Positions 37,469 to 46,716 of a stretch of DNA of 64,000 nucleotides are shown here, piece by piece (the first letter of the stretch is position 1; each line of letters opens with the position of its first letter). A program made the position numbers and the translations under genes. The notes below the pieces were generated by a model. It was not told the DNA's origin and made no database searches. It saw nothing but the letters and a program-made list of their open reading frames with translations. Source of the stretch: a virus. The stretch lies in IMG/VR virus record IMGVR_UViG_3300031370_000002, positions 62,789 through 126,788 of that record. One strand, 5' to 3'.

Positions 37469-38356
37469 TTATTTTACTGTGCCAATCAAACTCAGTTGGT
37501 TCCAATTGGAATACTTGAGAGAGCACATCACAGAAGGATGAACAATCTTGTTCCAATCCACTGTAAGGCTGATTGCTGTTTCAGTTTTCTCTACCGTAAT
37601 AGGCAAATCAATTTGTTCTGCCATCAGTTTATTAATTACTACGGACGGAAACTTATTCCGAACATAGTGACCACTTTTCAGATTAAACTGAATGGTCAAA
37701 TGGTTTTTACCAAACGTGGCGAAACCTTGATAGAAACCGTTGACGATTGCCAGACCGTCCAGCCTTTCATTCAGTCTTTCCATATAGGCTGAAACTTCTG
37801 GTTTGGTTAGCGATCCAAACTCATTTTCTTTTGGATAGAAAATCCAGCAACCGCGAATGCCTGCGCAAAGAAGATAATCAATATATGCCTGCACCATAGA
37901 GCGCTCATACACTGCAATCACTTCTTCGTTTTCGATAAACGTAATAACTATCTGCGGCCCTAATGGAGTACGAATCACTTCGCACTTTGCACTAACCGGA
38001 TTGTCTTTGTGTTGTTCCTGAATTTCTTCAAAGAACACGCGAGGAAAATCACAAGGCAAACACTTAGCACCTTCAAACTGTTCTGTCAGTTGGTGCGCAC
38101 GAAACATGGCCTGCGAGTCATAGACCGCTTTGTTGTCCGGCAGACTAACGTCTTCGTACGTTACGTGATACTGATTTGTGCCGGGAAGTTTTGCAACAAC
38201 TGCATCTTTCAGTTCGATTTTATCGATCATGAAAGTAGAGTGTTTGCCTTCGGGAATTTCTGTTTCACTTTCCAGAATCAGAAACAATTCACGCTCATTG
38301 CTATCGGATCTTAAAATTTTCACGGTTGTTTGTTCCATGCTTCGAAGTTGATCCAC
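37469..38356 (-). CDS. Hypothetical protein
   Basis: 295 aa open frame in the co-oriented cluster. Confidence 0.65.
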   Translation of the reverse strand: MDQLRSMEQTTVKILRSDSNERELFLILESETEIPEGKHSTFMIDKIELKDAVVAKLPGTNQYHVTYEDVSLPDNKAVYDSQAMFRAHQLTEQFEGAKCLPCDFPRVFFEEIQEQHKDNPVSAKCEVIRTPLGPQIVITFIENEEVIAVYERSMVQAYIDYLLCAGIRGCWIFYPKENEFGSLTKPEVSAYMERLNERLDGLAIVNGFYQGFATFGKNHLTIQFNLKSGHYVRNKFPSVVINKLMAEQIDLPITVEKTETAISLTVDWNKIVHPSVMCSLKYSNWNQLSLIGTVK

Positions 38357-39264
38357 TGTGCAGCATCAGCGCACACAAAAGGTTCGCCTGCGTCTACGCT
38401 AACCATAATCATATCGCCTTCTTGCAAAAACTCAGGCTTGAATGTTTGAGTGCCAAACATATGCAGCGCAAGATCGCGAGAAATATTCACGTAGCCTCCA
38501 TTGCCGTCACGTTTGATCGAGCAAATATCCAGACCATCGTGCGCTTGACTGCGAGTAACAAACGCGGTGTAGATTCCATGCTTGTGCATTTCAGGGCGCA
38601 GCTTTTCAATCGCGTCATTGAACAGTAAGCAAATATCTTCGTAGCTTACGTCACCTGTGATTTCCGGAACCAGATAGTCCGAACCTTTTTCGCTGTACTG
38701 ATTAAAGGTAACGATCTGTCCGATACTACGCGCAGCAAGATAAGAAGAAACCAAACTGGACGGCGCGTAAAAGTGCGAGAGATCAATATCGTTGATCAGA
38801 ACTTTCGCACCGTGTTTGTTCAGTTCGTACTTAACACCGTTCAAGCAGCTTAACGTTGCAAACAAATCACGATAGAGAGGGCGCAAAATTTTCTCTGCAT
38901 CGTTACGCAAGCCAATAAAGCGAACCAACTCTTTATCGTTAAACTGTTGCGCACTGGAGATAGCAATTTCATTACCGCTTTGAGACACGCGAACATGTTT
39001 ATGGCCTTCAACCAAACGGCGTAACAGATCCGGCGGGATAGGCAGATAGAAACATGCAATGTTATCGCGATGCGCACTGGTGATAGTGATATTGCGGGAA
39101 GGATCTTGCAGCAAAACTTCCATAACGCTTTTATCAATCGTACCTTCTACCGCAGTGCCTTCAACGTTCAGTTCAGGCAGATCGATTGCTTCCGGAACTT
39201 CGTCAATCAAATCTGTTGCACGTTTGGCAACTGGCTTGTACTTGATGATGTTACTGCGATCCAT
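38320..39264 (-). CDS. Hypothetical protein
   Basis: 314 aa open frame. Confidence 0.65.
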   Translation of the reverse strand: MDRSNIIKYKPVAKRATDLIDEVPEAIDLPELNVEGTAVEGTIDKSVMEVLLQDPSRNITITSAHRDNIACFYLPIPPDLLRRLVEGHKHVRVSQSGNEIAISSAQQFNDKELVRFIGLRNDAEKILRPLYRDLFATLSCLNGVKYELNKHGAKVLINDIDLSHFYAPSSLVSSYLAARSIGQIVTFNQYSEKGSDYLVPEITGDVSYEDICLLFNDAIEKLRPEMHKHGIYTAFVTRSQAHDGLDICSIKRDGNGGYVNISRDLALHMFGTQTFKPEFLQEGDMIMVSVDAGEPFVCADAAQWINFEAWNKQP

Positions 39265-39976
39265 TCTGCAACTCCTGTTTAAAAGTTTTGTAGTCTTCCA
39301 GCGTAAGCAGTTTCAAATCGAAATCCTGCAAACGCTGTGACTGTTCTTGATAGCCGGGAATGTCCCACACCGCACAAAAGATTTCAGGTGCCACCAGCGT
39401 AGGGTTAAGCAGCAGTGCTTTCCACATTGAACGCGTTGCTTCATTGAGATCATAAACCGCTTTAAACAGCGTATCGTTTTCCGGTTCGGCGCTGATATGA
39501 TCGTCAATGTTCTTTTCTGAAACGCTGCCTGTTACATAAAGGCGTGAGCGGTATTGCGCCAGCATGGTTGGAATGATCGCATTGCGCATAAAACGCTTCT
39601 GAATTGTTTCATCCGTTGAGCCATCAATAAACGACTGACAGTTTTTCTGCGCAAGATAAAATTGCTGTGCGCCGAAAATTTGAATGAATGACTTTTGACG
39701 AATCTTTCCGATTGAATCAATAAAGTCACGCGACGTATGACGCAGATCGCTAAAGCTAAACAGAACGTCGCCCGGACAAACGACCAGTGCATCACTGCGA
39801 TCAATAAAGCCGTGTTCGTGCATCGTGTGATTGCAGTGAGCGCAACGACTGAAACCTTCGTACTGAGGATGACGAAAGTAACGAACAATATCACCTTCAA
39901 AGTTTGAATCTTCGCCGGGAACATCGCCGTTGTGGAACCACTGAACAGCAAACTTTGGCATAAGTCGGATTGACAT
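39251..39976 (-). CDS. Hypothetical protein with Cys/His (zinc-binding-like) N-terminal domain
   Basis: WFHNGD...VRYFRHP...CAHCNHTMHEHGFID...VCPGD. RBS AGGAG. Confidence 0.65.
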   Translation of the reverse strand: MSIRLMPKFAVQWFHNGDVPGEDSNFEGDIVRYFRHPQYEGFSRCAHCNHTMHEHGFIDRSDALVVCPGDVLFSFSDLRHTSRDFIDSIGKIRQKSFIQIFGAQQFYLAQKNCQSFIDGSTDETIQKRFMRNAIIPTMLAQYRSRLYVTGSVSEKNIDDHISAEPENDTLFKAVYDLNEATRSMWKALLLNPTLVAPEIFCAVWDIPGYQEQSQRLQDFDLKLLTLEDYKTFKQELQNGSQ

Positions 39977-39990
39977 AAAATTTACTCCTG

Positions 39991-40026
39991 AAAAAGAAAA
40001 AGGGAAGACCGTTTGGCCCTCCCTTT
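39991..40026 (-). terminator. Rho-independent terminator
   Basis: Minus strand GGGAGGGCC-AAAC-GGTCTTCCC followed by TTTTTCTTTTT. Confidence 0.85.
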
Positions 40027-40030
40027 ATAT

Positions 40031-40441
40031 TTACAGTTTTCGCAGTTGTATCGCAGACGCCTTGATATGTGGCATCCGGACTAAGGCCAGATTGGTACGA
40101 TGAAACACACTGGCAGGAAACAGAATGCGCTTTGGAAACTTGTTTGAAACTTTGCGCCAGTAAGGTTTAGCGATACATTCGAATTTCAAAACTTCGATGT
40201 TTAAAACTTGCTGGTACTCAAACAAAACTTCTAACAGCGCGTATGAAAGTTTATGGCCTCGCAGTCTTTCCGGAACATAAATATATTCCAGCGTAAGGCA
40301 TTTATCTTTCACCAGTTTGATGTACGGAACATCTTCACGCTCAACACAAGTTTGTGCAGGCATGTTTTTCAATGTGAGAAACGTAGCCCGTTTGTGTTGC
40401 ATCACAACTCCAGATTTAAGAAGCATAAAGATACCTCTCAA
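40031..40441 (-). CDS. GNAT-like protein
   Basis: LEYIYVPERLRGHKLSYALL resembles GNAT motif A. Confidence 0.55.
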   Translation of the reverse strand: MRGIFMLLKSGVVMQHKRATFLTLKNMPAQTCVEREDVPYIKLVKDKCLTLEYIYVPERLRGHKLSYALLEVLFEYQQVLNIEVLKFECIAKPYWRKVSNKFPKRILFPASVFHRTNLALVRMPHIKASAIQLRKL

Positions 40442-40742
40442 TCCAACGCGCTTTAATGTGCGGCCTAACGCCAGTGCGACGATTCAACTGCACAATAAGT
40501 TTTGTTCCAAGCACACCAACAGAACGAATTTCGATTTCACCTTGTTTGTCATAAACCTCTATTTCCAAACTAGGGCGATACATCGCTTTCATTTCCGTGG
40601 CATTAAATTCAAACTCTACTTCTTCCAAGCCAACCGCAACAGGATTTTCCTTCACATGGTTTATTACGTGAAAGAAGCCTTGAGACGGTGCGCGACTATC
40701 ACCAAAGAATCGGAACGGCTTATACATAACAACCTCATTCAA
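40416..40742 (-). CDS. Hypothetical protein
   Basis: 108 aa, overlapping both neighbours. Confidence 0.55.
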   Translation of the reverse strand: MNEVVMYKPFRFFGDSRAPSQGFFHVINHVKENPVAVGLEEVEFEFNATEMKAMYRPSLEIEVYDKQGEIEIRSVGVLGTKLIVQLNRRTGVRPHIKARWIERYLYAS

Positions 40743-40965
40743 ATAATCTACAGTTGTAAATTATCCAAATGGTAATTCCGGTTGCCCAAAGAACAGCATG
40801 AGTTTCACGATTATTTGTTTCTGCGAATGTGCGAAGAAAACTGAATGCTACTCGATAGACGTAGCAAAAGACCACTGATACAGCAATATCAAAAGCGAGA
40901 TATAGACCAAACACAGCAGCGTTTGCCGCCAGTAGAATTTGTTCATTGGTCAGTGATTCTAGCAT
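40735..40965 (-). CDS. Small membrane protein
   Basis: 76 aa with two hydrophobic segments. Confidence 0.55.
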   Translation of the reverse strand: MLESLTNEQILLAANAAVFGLYLAFDIAVSVVFCYVYRVAFSFLRTFAETNNRETHAVLWATGITIWIIYNCRLFE

Positions 40966-41624
40966 TCAGGGTTTTCCATGCGACTAAAAATCTGACGCAG
41001 CATTGCGATAACTTTTTCTGCCGGAACATCTTGTGCAAGCATGTCACGTAAAAGCTGAGTCTGTTCGCCGGAAAGAGTTTTGCTTGAGTGTTCAAACATA
41101 TCGGCATTGATCAGCAAACGAATTGCCATCGCACCTGTCTGAACCGCTTCACCCATAATCTTTTTACGCAAATCTGCATCATCGGTAGGACTTAAACTGT
41201 AGTCCATCGCCGCCTGCAAAGTTTCGCCGCTTTCTTCACCTAAGATTGCAGCAGCGTGAACCGGATCTTTGTTCCACTGAGGAAACTTTTTCTCCGCACG
41301 TTGCAGTTCATTCACAAACTGATTACACGCCTGCACAACTTTCAGATCGTGTTCGGAAGTTGTTTGCTGGTTGAACCACATGCCATCGCTAATCATCGAA
41401 GACAGTGCATGGGGATCGTGAATCTGAATCACATCCGCTTTAAACTCTACCGTGCGTCCGTTAACAGCAGTCACATAAAACAGCGAGTGATAGCCGAGCG
41501 TGTAAATCTGCAATGGAACAATGCTTCCAATTGGCGGTTCAATTTCGTCACGCAGTTCCAGTGTACCGAAACCTTCACCTTTAATCTGCGCTAACTTGAG
41601 AAGCTGAAACGGATAAGCGAACAT
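40959..41624 (-). CDS. MazG-like NTP pyrophosphatase domain fused to an N-terminal domain
   Basis: ELQRAEKKFP...AAILGEESGETLQAA...GEAVQTGAMAIR (EExxE...E pattern). Start moved to the ATG at 41624. Confidence 0.65.
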   Translation of the reverse strand: MFAYPFQLLKLAQIKGEGFGTLELRDEIEPPIGSIVPLQIYTLGYHSLFYVTAVNGRTVEFKADVIQIHDPHALSSMISDGMWFNQQTTSEHDLKVVQACNQFVNELQRAEKKFPQWNKDPVHAAAILGEESGETLQAAMDYSLSPTDDADLRKKIMGEAVQTGAMAIRLLINADMFEHSSKTLSGEQTQLLRDMLAQDVPAEKVIAMLRQIFSRMENPEC

Positions 41625-41625
41625 G

Positions 41626-42372
41626 TCATTTTCCTTTTGGAATTTGGTTAACGATAAACATATCGTCAGAAGGAATGTCGCGCAAAATCGTGTACGCGCC
41701 ATGCGGTGAAGGTACAGCAATATCAAAGCTAAAATGCTGACTTACGTTTATCGCATACACGTAACCATAAACCAACGTTCCCGCTTCGTCGTCCAGATCG
41801 ATTTTAACTGCATCACCGATTTGGAATTTGCAAAACTCAGCATCACCAAACGAGCCACTGACTTTCAAACTTGTAACCATCAGTGCGCCAAGTTCAGGCT
41901 GTTGATCGGTTATTTGCTGATTGAAATACGTTGTGGGAAACGGCTTCCATCCCGCAGGCGCTTCTTCTAAAAGCGGTTCGCTAGGAGCAAGTTTGAGAGG
42001 CGTAGGCAACTCTTTTTCGACTTCTTCAACAGGTGCCGCTTCTGCCGTTTCGCCAAAAGGAGTTTTAGAAACTGAATCCGGACAGATTTGTTTCAGTACA
42101 GCCATGCAGCCAGTGTCGCCAATTTCAATAGCAAGATCATAGCGAACAGAGAAGGGACTGAAACGCACACCAATAACCGTAGCAGGAACAGAGTGAGTGC
42201 GGTTAACATCGGCTTGCATAACCGTGTAGAAAACTTTCTGACCGATTTTGTGTTGATGAATATCATTGTGATCTGCTTCACCGCCTTCACGCTCCGCAAA
42301 CTGAATACGAACATCGCGAATATTGTTGCGGTGAATCGCAGCAAAGTAATCCCAATTTCTCATGATAGGCAT
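41626..42372 (-). CDS. Protein with two SH3/KOW-like domains and a Pro/Glu linker
   Basis: HKIGQKV...VIGVRF...VRYDLAI and FQIGDAVK...VYAINV...FSFDIAV. Confidence 0.55.
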   Translation of the reverse strand: MPIMRNWDYFAAIHRNNIRDVRIQFAEREGGEADHNDIHQHKIGQKVFYTVMQADVNRTHSVPATVIGVRFSPFSVRYDLAIEIGDTGCMAVLKQICPDSVSKTPFGETAEAAPVEEVEKELPTPLKLAPSEPLLEEAPAGWKPFPTTYFNQQITDQQPELGALMVTSLKVSGSFGDAEFCKFQIGDAVKIDLDDEAGTLVYGYVYAINVSQHFSFDIAVPSPHGAYTILRDIPSDDMFIVNQIPKGK

Positions 42373-42384
42373 AAGAGATTTCCC

Positions 42385-42411
42385 AAAAGAAAAGGCGACC
42401 GAAGCCGCCTT
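42385..42411 (-). terminator. Rho-independent terminator
   Basis: Minus strand AAGGCGGC-TTCG-GTCGCCTT followed by TTCTTTT. Confidence 0.85.
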
Positions 42412-42416
42412 AGAAT

Positions 42417-43517
42417 TTATTTAGTCACACGACCTTTAACAGCGCCTTTCGGATTGTAGCCGTTAATGGTAAACAGATCAGCGGAAACATTGTTGAGCAA
42501 TTCTTCCGGCGTCCAAGTGTGGATGATAGGATCGATTTCCAACAGCGGATACTGCATCGGATTGCCTGTTGTGAGAACTTCTTCGCGCAGTTCAGCAAAC
42601 TGTTGCGCTTGAGTTTTCAGAGCATCCCAATGATGATCATAAACGTGCGTGTTGGTTGTGTCGATTGTGATTGAGCCAACATTCAGATTGCAATACTTCG
42701 CAAACAAATGCAGCATCATACAATAACCCGCCATGTTGAACGGGAAACCTAACAGCGTATCGCTACTGCGCATCTGAACAGAAATATGCAGCGTGTCTTC
42801 AAACGCTTCGCCTTTGCCTGCTCTCATTACCGCGTTTTCGTATTCGGTTGCAGGCATCACGTTAAATTCAAACGCAGTGTGACACGGCGGCAATGCTTGC
42901 ATACCGAGATACGCCGGATTGAAAGTCTGAACGTGAATGCGACGGCTGCGCGAACGAGCGTTGACAGCATTCAGAACTTCCAGCAACTGATCAATCTCGC
43001 TTTCCCACAGCACACGACCGTCAGGCAGAACAGTTGATTTTGCACCGCGCTTTAACAGACGCTGCATTTCCAGCGTGTACCGCGTTTGTTCAGCGATAGA
43101 AAGTTTCGCCATTTCATCAGAAGACGGAAACACTTTTACGTCAGGCCAACGACGCCACATTGCACCATAGATCGGGCCACACTCGCCGTTTTCATCAGCC
43201 CACTCATCCCAAATTTTTGAGTTAAGCGTGTTGATATTTGTTTCGCCGCGCATCATCCAGCAGGTTTCATCAAACGCTGCTTTCCAGTTTACGCGCTTAC
43301 TTAATGCCAGCGGGAATCCCATTGCAGTGTTAGCCAACTGAATCACACAGCTAGGCAAACTGCGCCACGTATCAGTTGTGCGCTCCGGATCTGAAATGCT
43401 GCGACCGTCAGTGCTGATTGCTTCAACGCGCCCCATATAAAGGCAGTCGAAGTTGTCCATCGCGTAGATTTCAAAGTCGCGAGGATTTTTCAGATCAAGC
43501 TGTCTGGAGTTGCTCAT
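42417..43517 (-). CDS. thyA: Thymidylate synthase
   Basis: IWDEWAD, GPIYGAMWR, ALPPCH, MRSSD and GFPFN motifs. Confidence 0.95.
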   Translation of the reverse strand: MSNSRQLDLKNPRDFEIYAMDNFDCLYMGRVEAISTDGRSISDPERTTDTWRSLPSCVIQLANTAMGFPLALSKRVNWKAAFDETCWMMRGETNINTLNSKIWDEWADENGECGPIYGAMWRRWPDVKVFPSSDEMAKLSIAEQTRYTLEMQRLLKRGAKSTVLPDGRVLWESEIDQLLEVLNAVNARSRSRRIHVQTFNPAYLGMQALPPCHTAFEFNVMPATEYENAVMRAGKGEAFEDTLHISVQMRSSDTLLGFPFNMAGYCMMLHLFAKYCNLNVGSITIDTTNTHVYDHHWDALKTQAQQFAELREEVLTTGNPMQYPLLEIDPIIHTWTPEELLNNVSADLFTINGYNPKGAVKGRVTK

Positions 43518-44373
43518 AGCCTTCCTTCAAATTTAAAAATGAACCGTTTAACTGGTAGTTTTCACCTTCGTAGAAACCTGCGTTAGTTTCTACGAACAGA
43601 TCGATTTCGATTCCACAGAATACAAACCGCAGAGTGTTGTTGAATACTTTCAACAGTTCCAGCGTGTCGCCGTCTTTAACGGTAGAAGCCAGAACAGTTT
43701 CAAGGTTTTCAGGTTGCAGGAAAAATTTCTCAACTGTCGGATTCGCATCAGTTGGTTCCTGCTTGAACTTATCGCGGAAGTTGTACAGAGTTTCAGTGTG
43801 CAGCAAACCGTGCTCGTCGCGATAGTTAACAAACGGCGTCGGAGATTTCACGTTGGTAACTGATTCAACAATTGCGAATTCAATATCCATTTCGCGGTAC
43901 GTTGTTGAAGTTGCATCCAAACGAATCTCAGGCTTGTCCGATGGGAACATGCGGAACCACTTTGATCCACAAGCAGGAATCGTTGTACGGTTTAAAGTGT
44001 ATGCTGCCAGTGCGCTAAGTTTTTGGCTTGCACTCGGAACCGCGTTGCTTGTCATATCAACACAACGGAAGTTTCGGATAAAGCGATGTGCCGGACGTGA
44101 ATAAATTGCGCCACCGCCATGTACCGGACTATAAACAACAGTCAAAGGCCACTTGTAACCTTTCGCGAGTCCGTTACAAACAACTTCGATCACATAATCT
44201 TTTTGATTGCGGTAATGCTTCCAGATACTGCCGCTAATCAAACTTCCTTGTGCCCACATACGACGCGCTTTTGCATCATACTTCGTAAATTTCCAGAGGC
44301 GGTAAACGCCATACGCGTAAAACAAAGCATAGAGGATTGCGATTGCGATAAATGCGTAGCTCAGGATTTTCAT
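43495..44373 (-). CDS. Membrane-anchored protein with DUF1653-like domain(s)
   Basis: N-terminal TM segment, then GSIWKHYRNQKDYVIEVV...VVYSP...IYSRPAHRF. Confidence 0.6.
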   Translation of the reverse strand: MKILSYAFIAIAILYALFYAYGVYRLWKFTKYDAKARRMWAQGSLISGSIWKHYRNQKDYVIEVVCNGLAKGYKWPLTVVYSPVHGGGAIYSRPAHRFIRNFRCVDMTSNAVPSASQKLSALAAYTLNRTTIPACGSKWFRMFPSDKPEIRLDATSTTYREMDIEFAIVESVTNVKSPTPFVNYRDEHGLLHTETLYNFRDKFKQEPTDANPTVEKFFLQPENLETVLASTVKDGDTLELLKVFNNTLRFVFCGIEIDLFVETNAGFYEGENYQLNGSFLNLKEGYEQLQTA

Positions 44374-44471
44374 TTAATGGTTCCGGTAGAATTTTATTAT
44401 TAGTTAACGCCAACTTTTGGTTGTTTCGTAACGAATGAATATTGCTGTCTTACACTTACTTTTTACAGTTT

Positions 44472-44933
44472 TTATTTTGTAATCGCGTTTGCAATCGCTG
44501 TGTCGATTATCTCCACCATATCGCGTGTCTGAGAAGACTTGACGCGATTCAATTGAGCCTTTAAATGGGCGCGTACGGCATACAAAGTTTCAAGCATTAA
44601 CTTGCTACCTGCCATAACGCGCACCGTGTTTTGAAACGTCTCAACTTCTTCGTCAGAAAGATTTTCTCCGACTTGATTCACCTGCGCAAAGAAACCCATT
44701 GCGCCGCGAATTTCTGTTGTGATCATTTCGCCTGAATTTTGCCAATGGCCAGGCATAATATCCAAAGCATCAACAGGAACGACTTTCGAGTTTTTCGTGA
44801 CAGGCAGACAAACATATTCGTCGTAGCAGAACTTGCTGCCGCCTTTTGGGTAGTTTTCATTATTGCAGTCGCACGATGAAACTATGCTATTGTAAAGATG
44901 ACCACAACCACGACACTTGAATACTCGTTCCAT
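44472..44933 (-). CDS. Hypothetical protein with N-terminal zinc-ribbon
   Basis: FKCRGCG...SCDC. Confidence 0.6.
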   Translation of the reverse strand: MERVFKCRGCGHLYNSIVSSCDCNNENYPKGGSKFCYDEYVCLPVTKNSKVVPVDALDIMPGHWQNSGEMITTEIRGAMGFFAQVNQVGENLSDEEVETFQNTVRVMAGSKLMLETLYAVRAHLKAQLNRVKSSQTRDMVEIIDTAIANAITK

Positions 44934-44942
44934 ATCTTTACC

Positions 44943-45689
44943 TTAGTTTGTTTGGAAGTTGTGAAGGCGATTCAGTGAACTTTGAATGTACTCTTCAACT
45001 TCCGATTGTGGGATGTAGATGAATTTGAAATCGTTTGCCGCCGCCATGTGATCCGTAATGCGGTAATCGCGACAGAAAACAATCGTGCGAATCGCAGAAT
45101 AATTACGAAGGTGTTCAAGGCAGAACGGACAAGGACTATCCGTAACATACATAACATCGGTGCTGCCTGTTGGCCCACACAGATTATTAAGTGCGTTTAC
45201 TTCTGCGTGAAGTACGCCGGGATTGCTTGCAGTCAGCAAATGATCTTCACACAGATTTTCTTTGCCTGCCGCTGTTCCGTTAACGCCACTTGCGATTGCA
45301 TAAGCAACGCCTTTGGTGCGAGACGCAGAGCTTTTGCGAACGATAAGCGCAGCACAACCGCGACGACGCGCCTTAGAAGCATTCGCCAGCATAACCACGC
45401 TTGCCAACATTGCGTAGTGCTGTGAACGTTCCTGAACATTCAGCGCACGGAAATTGTTTCCACCCACTGAACGAACAGCATCAAAGAAAGTTTCGTGTTC
45501 GTAAACCGCTGCCTGTTTAATATCAGGCTGGCCCGACATACTTCCGTTTACAGTTTCGATACGCTTACCGTCGATCTCAACAGATTGTTCCATGCTTTCA
45601 AACACGGCGTTTTGTTGTTCGTCGAATTGTACCCACGTATGCAGGGATTTAGAATTGCTGTTGAGTTCCGTTACCAGTAGCGCTTTCAT
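44943..45689 (-). CDS. dCMP deaminase with N-terminal extension
   Basis: GVNGT, HAEVNAL and SPCPFC zinc-deaminase motifs. Confidence 0.9.
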   Translation of the reverse strand: MKALLVTELNSNSKSLHTWVQFDEQQNAVFESMEQSVEIDGKRIETVNGSMSGQPDIKQAAVYEHETFFDAVRSVGGNNFRALNVQERSQHYAMLASVVMLANASKARRRGCAALIVRKSSASRTKGVAYAIASGVNGTAAGKENLCEDHLLTASNPGVLHAEVNALNNLCGPTGSTDVMYVTDSPCPFCLEHLRNYSAIRTIVFCRDYRITDHMAAANDFKFIYIPQSEVEEYIQSSLNRLHNFQTN

Positions 45690-46035
45690 TGTTTTGCTTT
45701 TCCTGATTTAAATGATTGATGACTGCCCGAAGAACTGCGCAGGTAGGGCAAGTGCCGCCACCATGAATTCCTTTCGGAGTGATCGCTGTGTAGCAATCCG
45801 GCATGTTGCGCACAAGGCTGAGTTCATACTTTCGAACAAAGCGCAGAATGTTTGAGTCGCGGAAAACTTCTGGCATTACGCTGTTCCATTGAACATTGCC
45901 AAGAGGATTAACCCACTCTGTGCAATCATCGCCTTCGCACCAACCATCACGCGGCGTAAGACCTTTCGCAGTCAGGTAATCATTCTGCAACTGCAAAAGT
46001 TCTGCATTTTTGTCTGATTCTTTTTTACTTACCAT
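45649..46035 (-). CDS. Hypothetical protein (possible ABA-sandwich-like)
   Basis: PEVFRD...VRKYELSL...TAITP...AVLRAVI pattern. Weak call. Confidence 0.45.
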   Translation of the reverse strand: MVSKKESDKNAELLQLQNDYLTAKGLTPRDGWCEGDDCTEWVNPLGNVQWNSVMPEVFRDSNILRFVRKYELSLVRNMPDCYTAITPKGIHGGGTCPTCAVLRAVINHLNQEKQNNESATGNGTQQQF

Positions 46036-46661
46036 AAGGCTGTTTTCACCGAGGAAAATGAAACTTTGTTGGTAGGATACACGATGTGCTGTGCGCGAAC
46101 ACGTAAAGGCAATTCGTTTTGCAGCATGTGCATACGAACTTTTGGAACGATAACCAAAGTGCCTGCAATGTTTTTCAGTGCGCCCAAATGGATTCCGTAT
46201 TGCGTTACTTTGCGATACATCACTTCCATTTTATCTTTCCAATCGCTAGGATACTTTTCTTGCACCATCGAACACAGAACACCTTTGTTGATCTTCCACT
46301 GAACAGAAGTAAGATGTTCAGCACGATCAGTAACGTTCACCAGATAGTCAACAAGCAAGTTATGAGTAGCCAGCCAGCGCGAGTAGAAATGCTCAAACGC
46401 TGCAACAGTTTCTTCAATAACTTCTTCGTAATTGCGTCCACGATTAAAGCCTTGCAGCAGGCCGTACGGTTTGCAATCGTGCAGATCGTGAAGCATGATC
46501 AAGTCGAGTTCTGTTGGCCCGATTTCATTCTCAAAGAAAACCACTTTGAAAAAGTTTTCGCGAGTCAACTCACCGCCTGCATAGCGCATACGCAGATACG
46601 CCATAAAGTTGATTTCCAAATCAGAATCAAAATAGAAATCGTCCAATGGATTTCTTTGCAT
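46029..46661 (-). CDS. Hypothetical protein
   Basis: Start moved to the ATG at 46661 with RBS GGGAG. Confidence 0.6.
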   Translation of the reverse strand: MQRNPLDDFYFDSDLEINFMAYLRMRYAGGELTRENFFKVVFFENEIGPTELDLIMLHDLHDCKPYGLLQGFNRGRNYEEVIEETVAAFEHFYSRWLATHNLLVDYLVNVTDRAEHLTSVQWKINKGVLCSMVQEKYPSDWKDKMEVMYRKVTQYGIHLGALKNIAGTLVIVPKVRMHMLQNELPLRVRAQHIVYPTNKVSFSSVKTALW

Positions 46662-46681
46662 AGAAATTTCTCCCAAATATG

Positions 46682-46716
46682 AAAATAGGCCACCAGCAAA
46701 TGCCAGCAGCCTATTT
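46682..46716 (-). terminator. Long hairpin/terminator (copy 2 of the family)
   Basis: Minus strand AAATAGGCTGCTGGC-ATTT-GCTGGTGGCCTATTT followed by T. Confidence 0.7.

Noticed and set aside
40959-41624. Acb2-type anti-CBASS sponge
   Set aside because: The sequence has the MazG EExxE pattern and lacks the GYRxL...QP signature I recall for Acb2.
42417-43517. dCMP hydroxymethylase (modified-base pathway)
   Set aside because: The specificity residue is Asn (GFPFN), as in dUMP-specific ThyA, and no glycosyltransferase or kinase partners are seen.
44420-44460. Resemblance between AAGACAGCAATATT (minus strand) and the repeats at about 62530
   Set aside because: Short, AT-rich and in the opposite orientation relative to transcription, so it is indistinguishable from chance.
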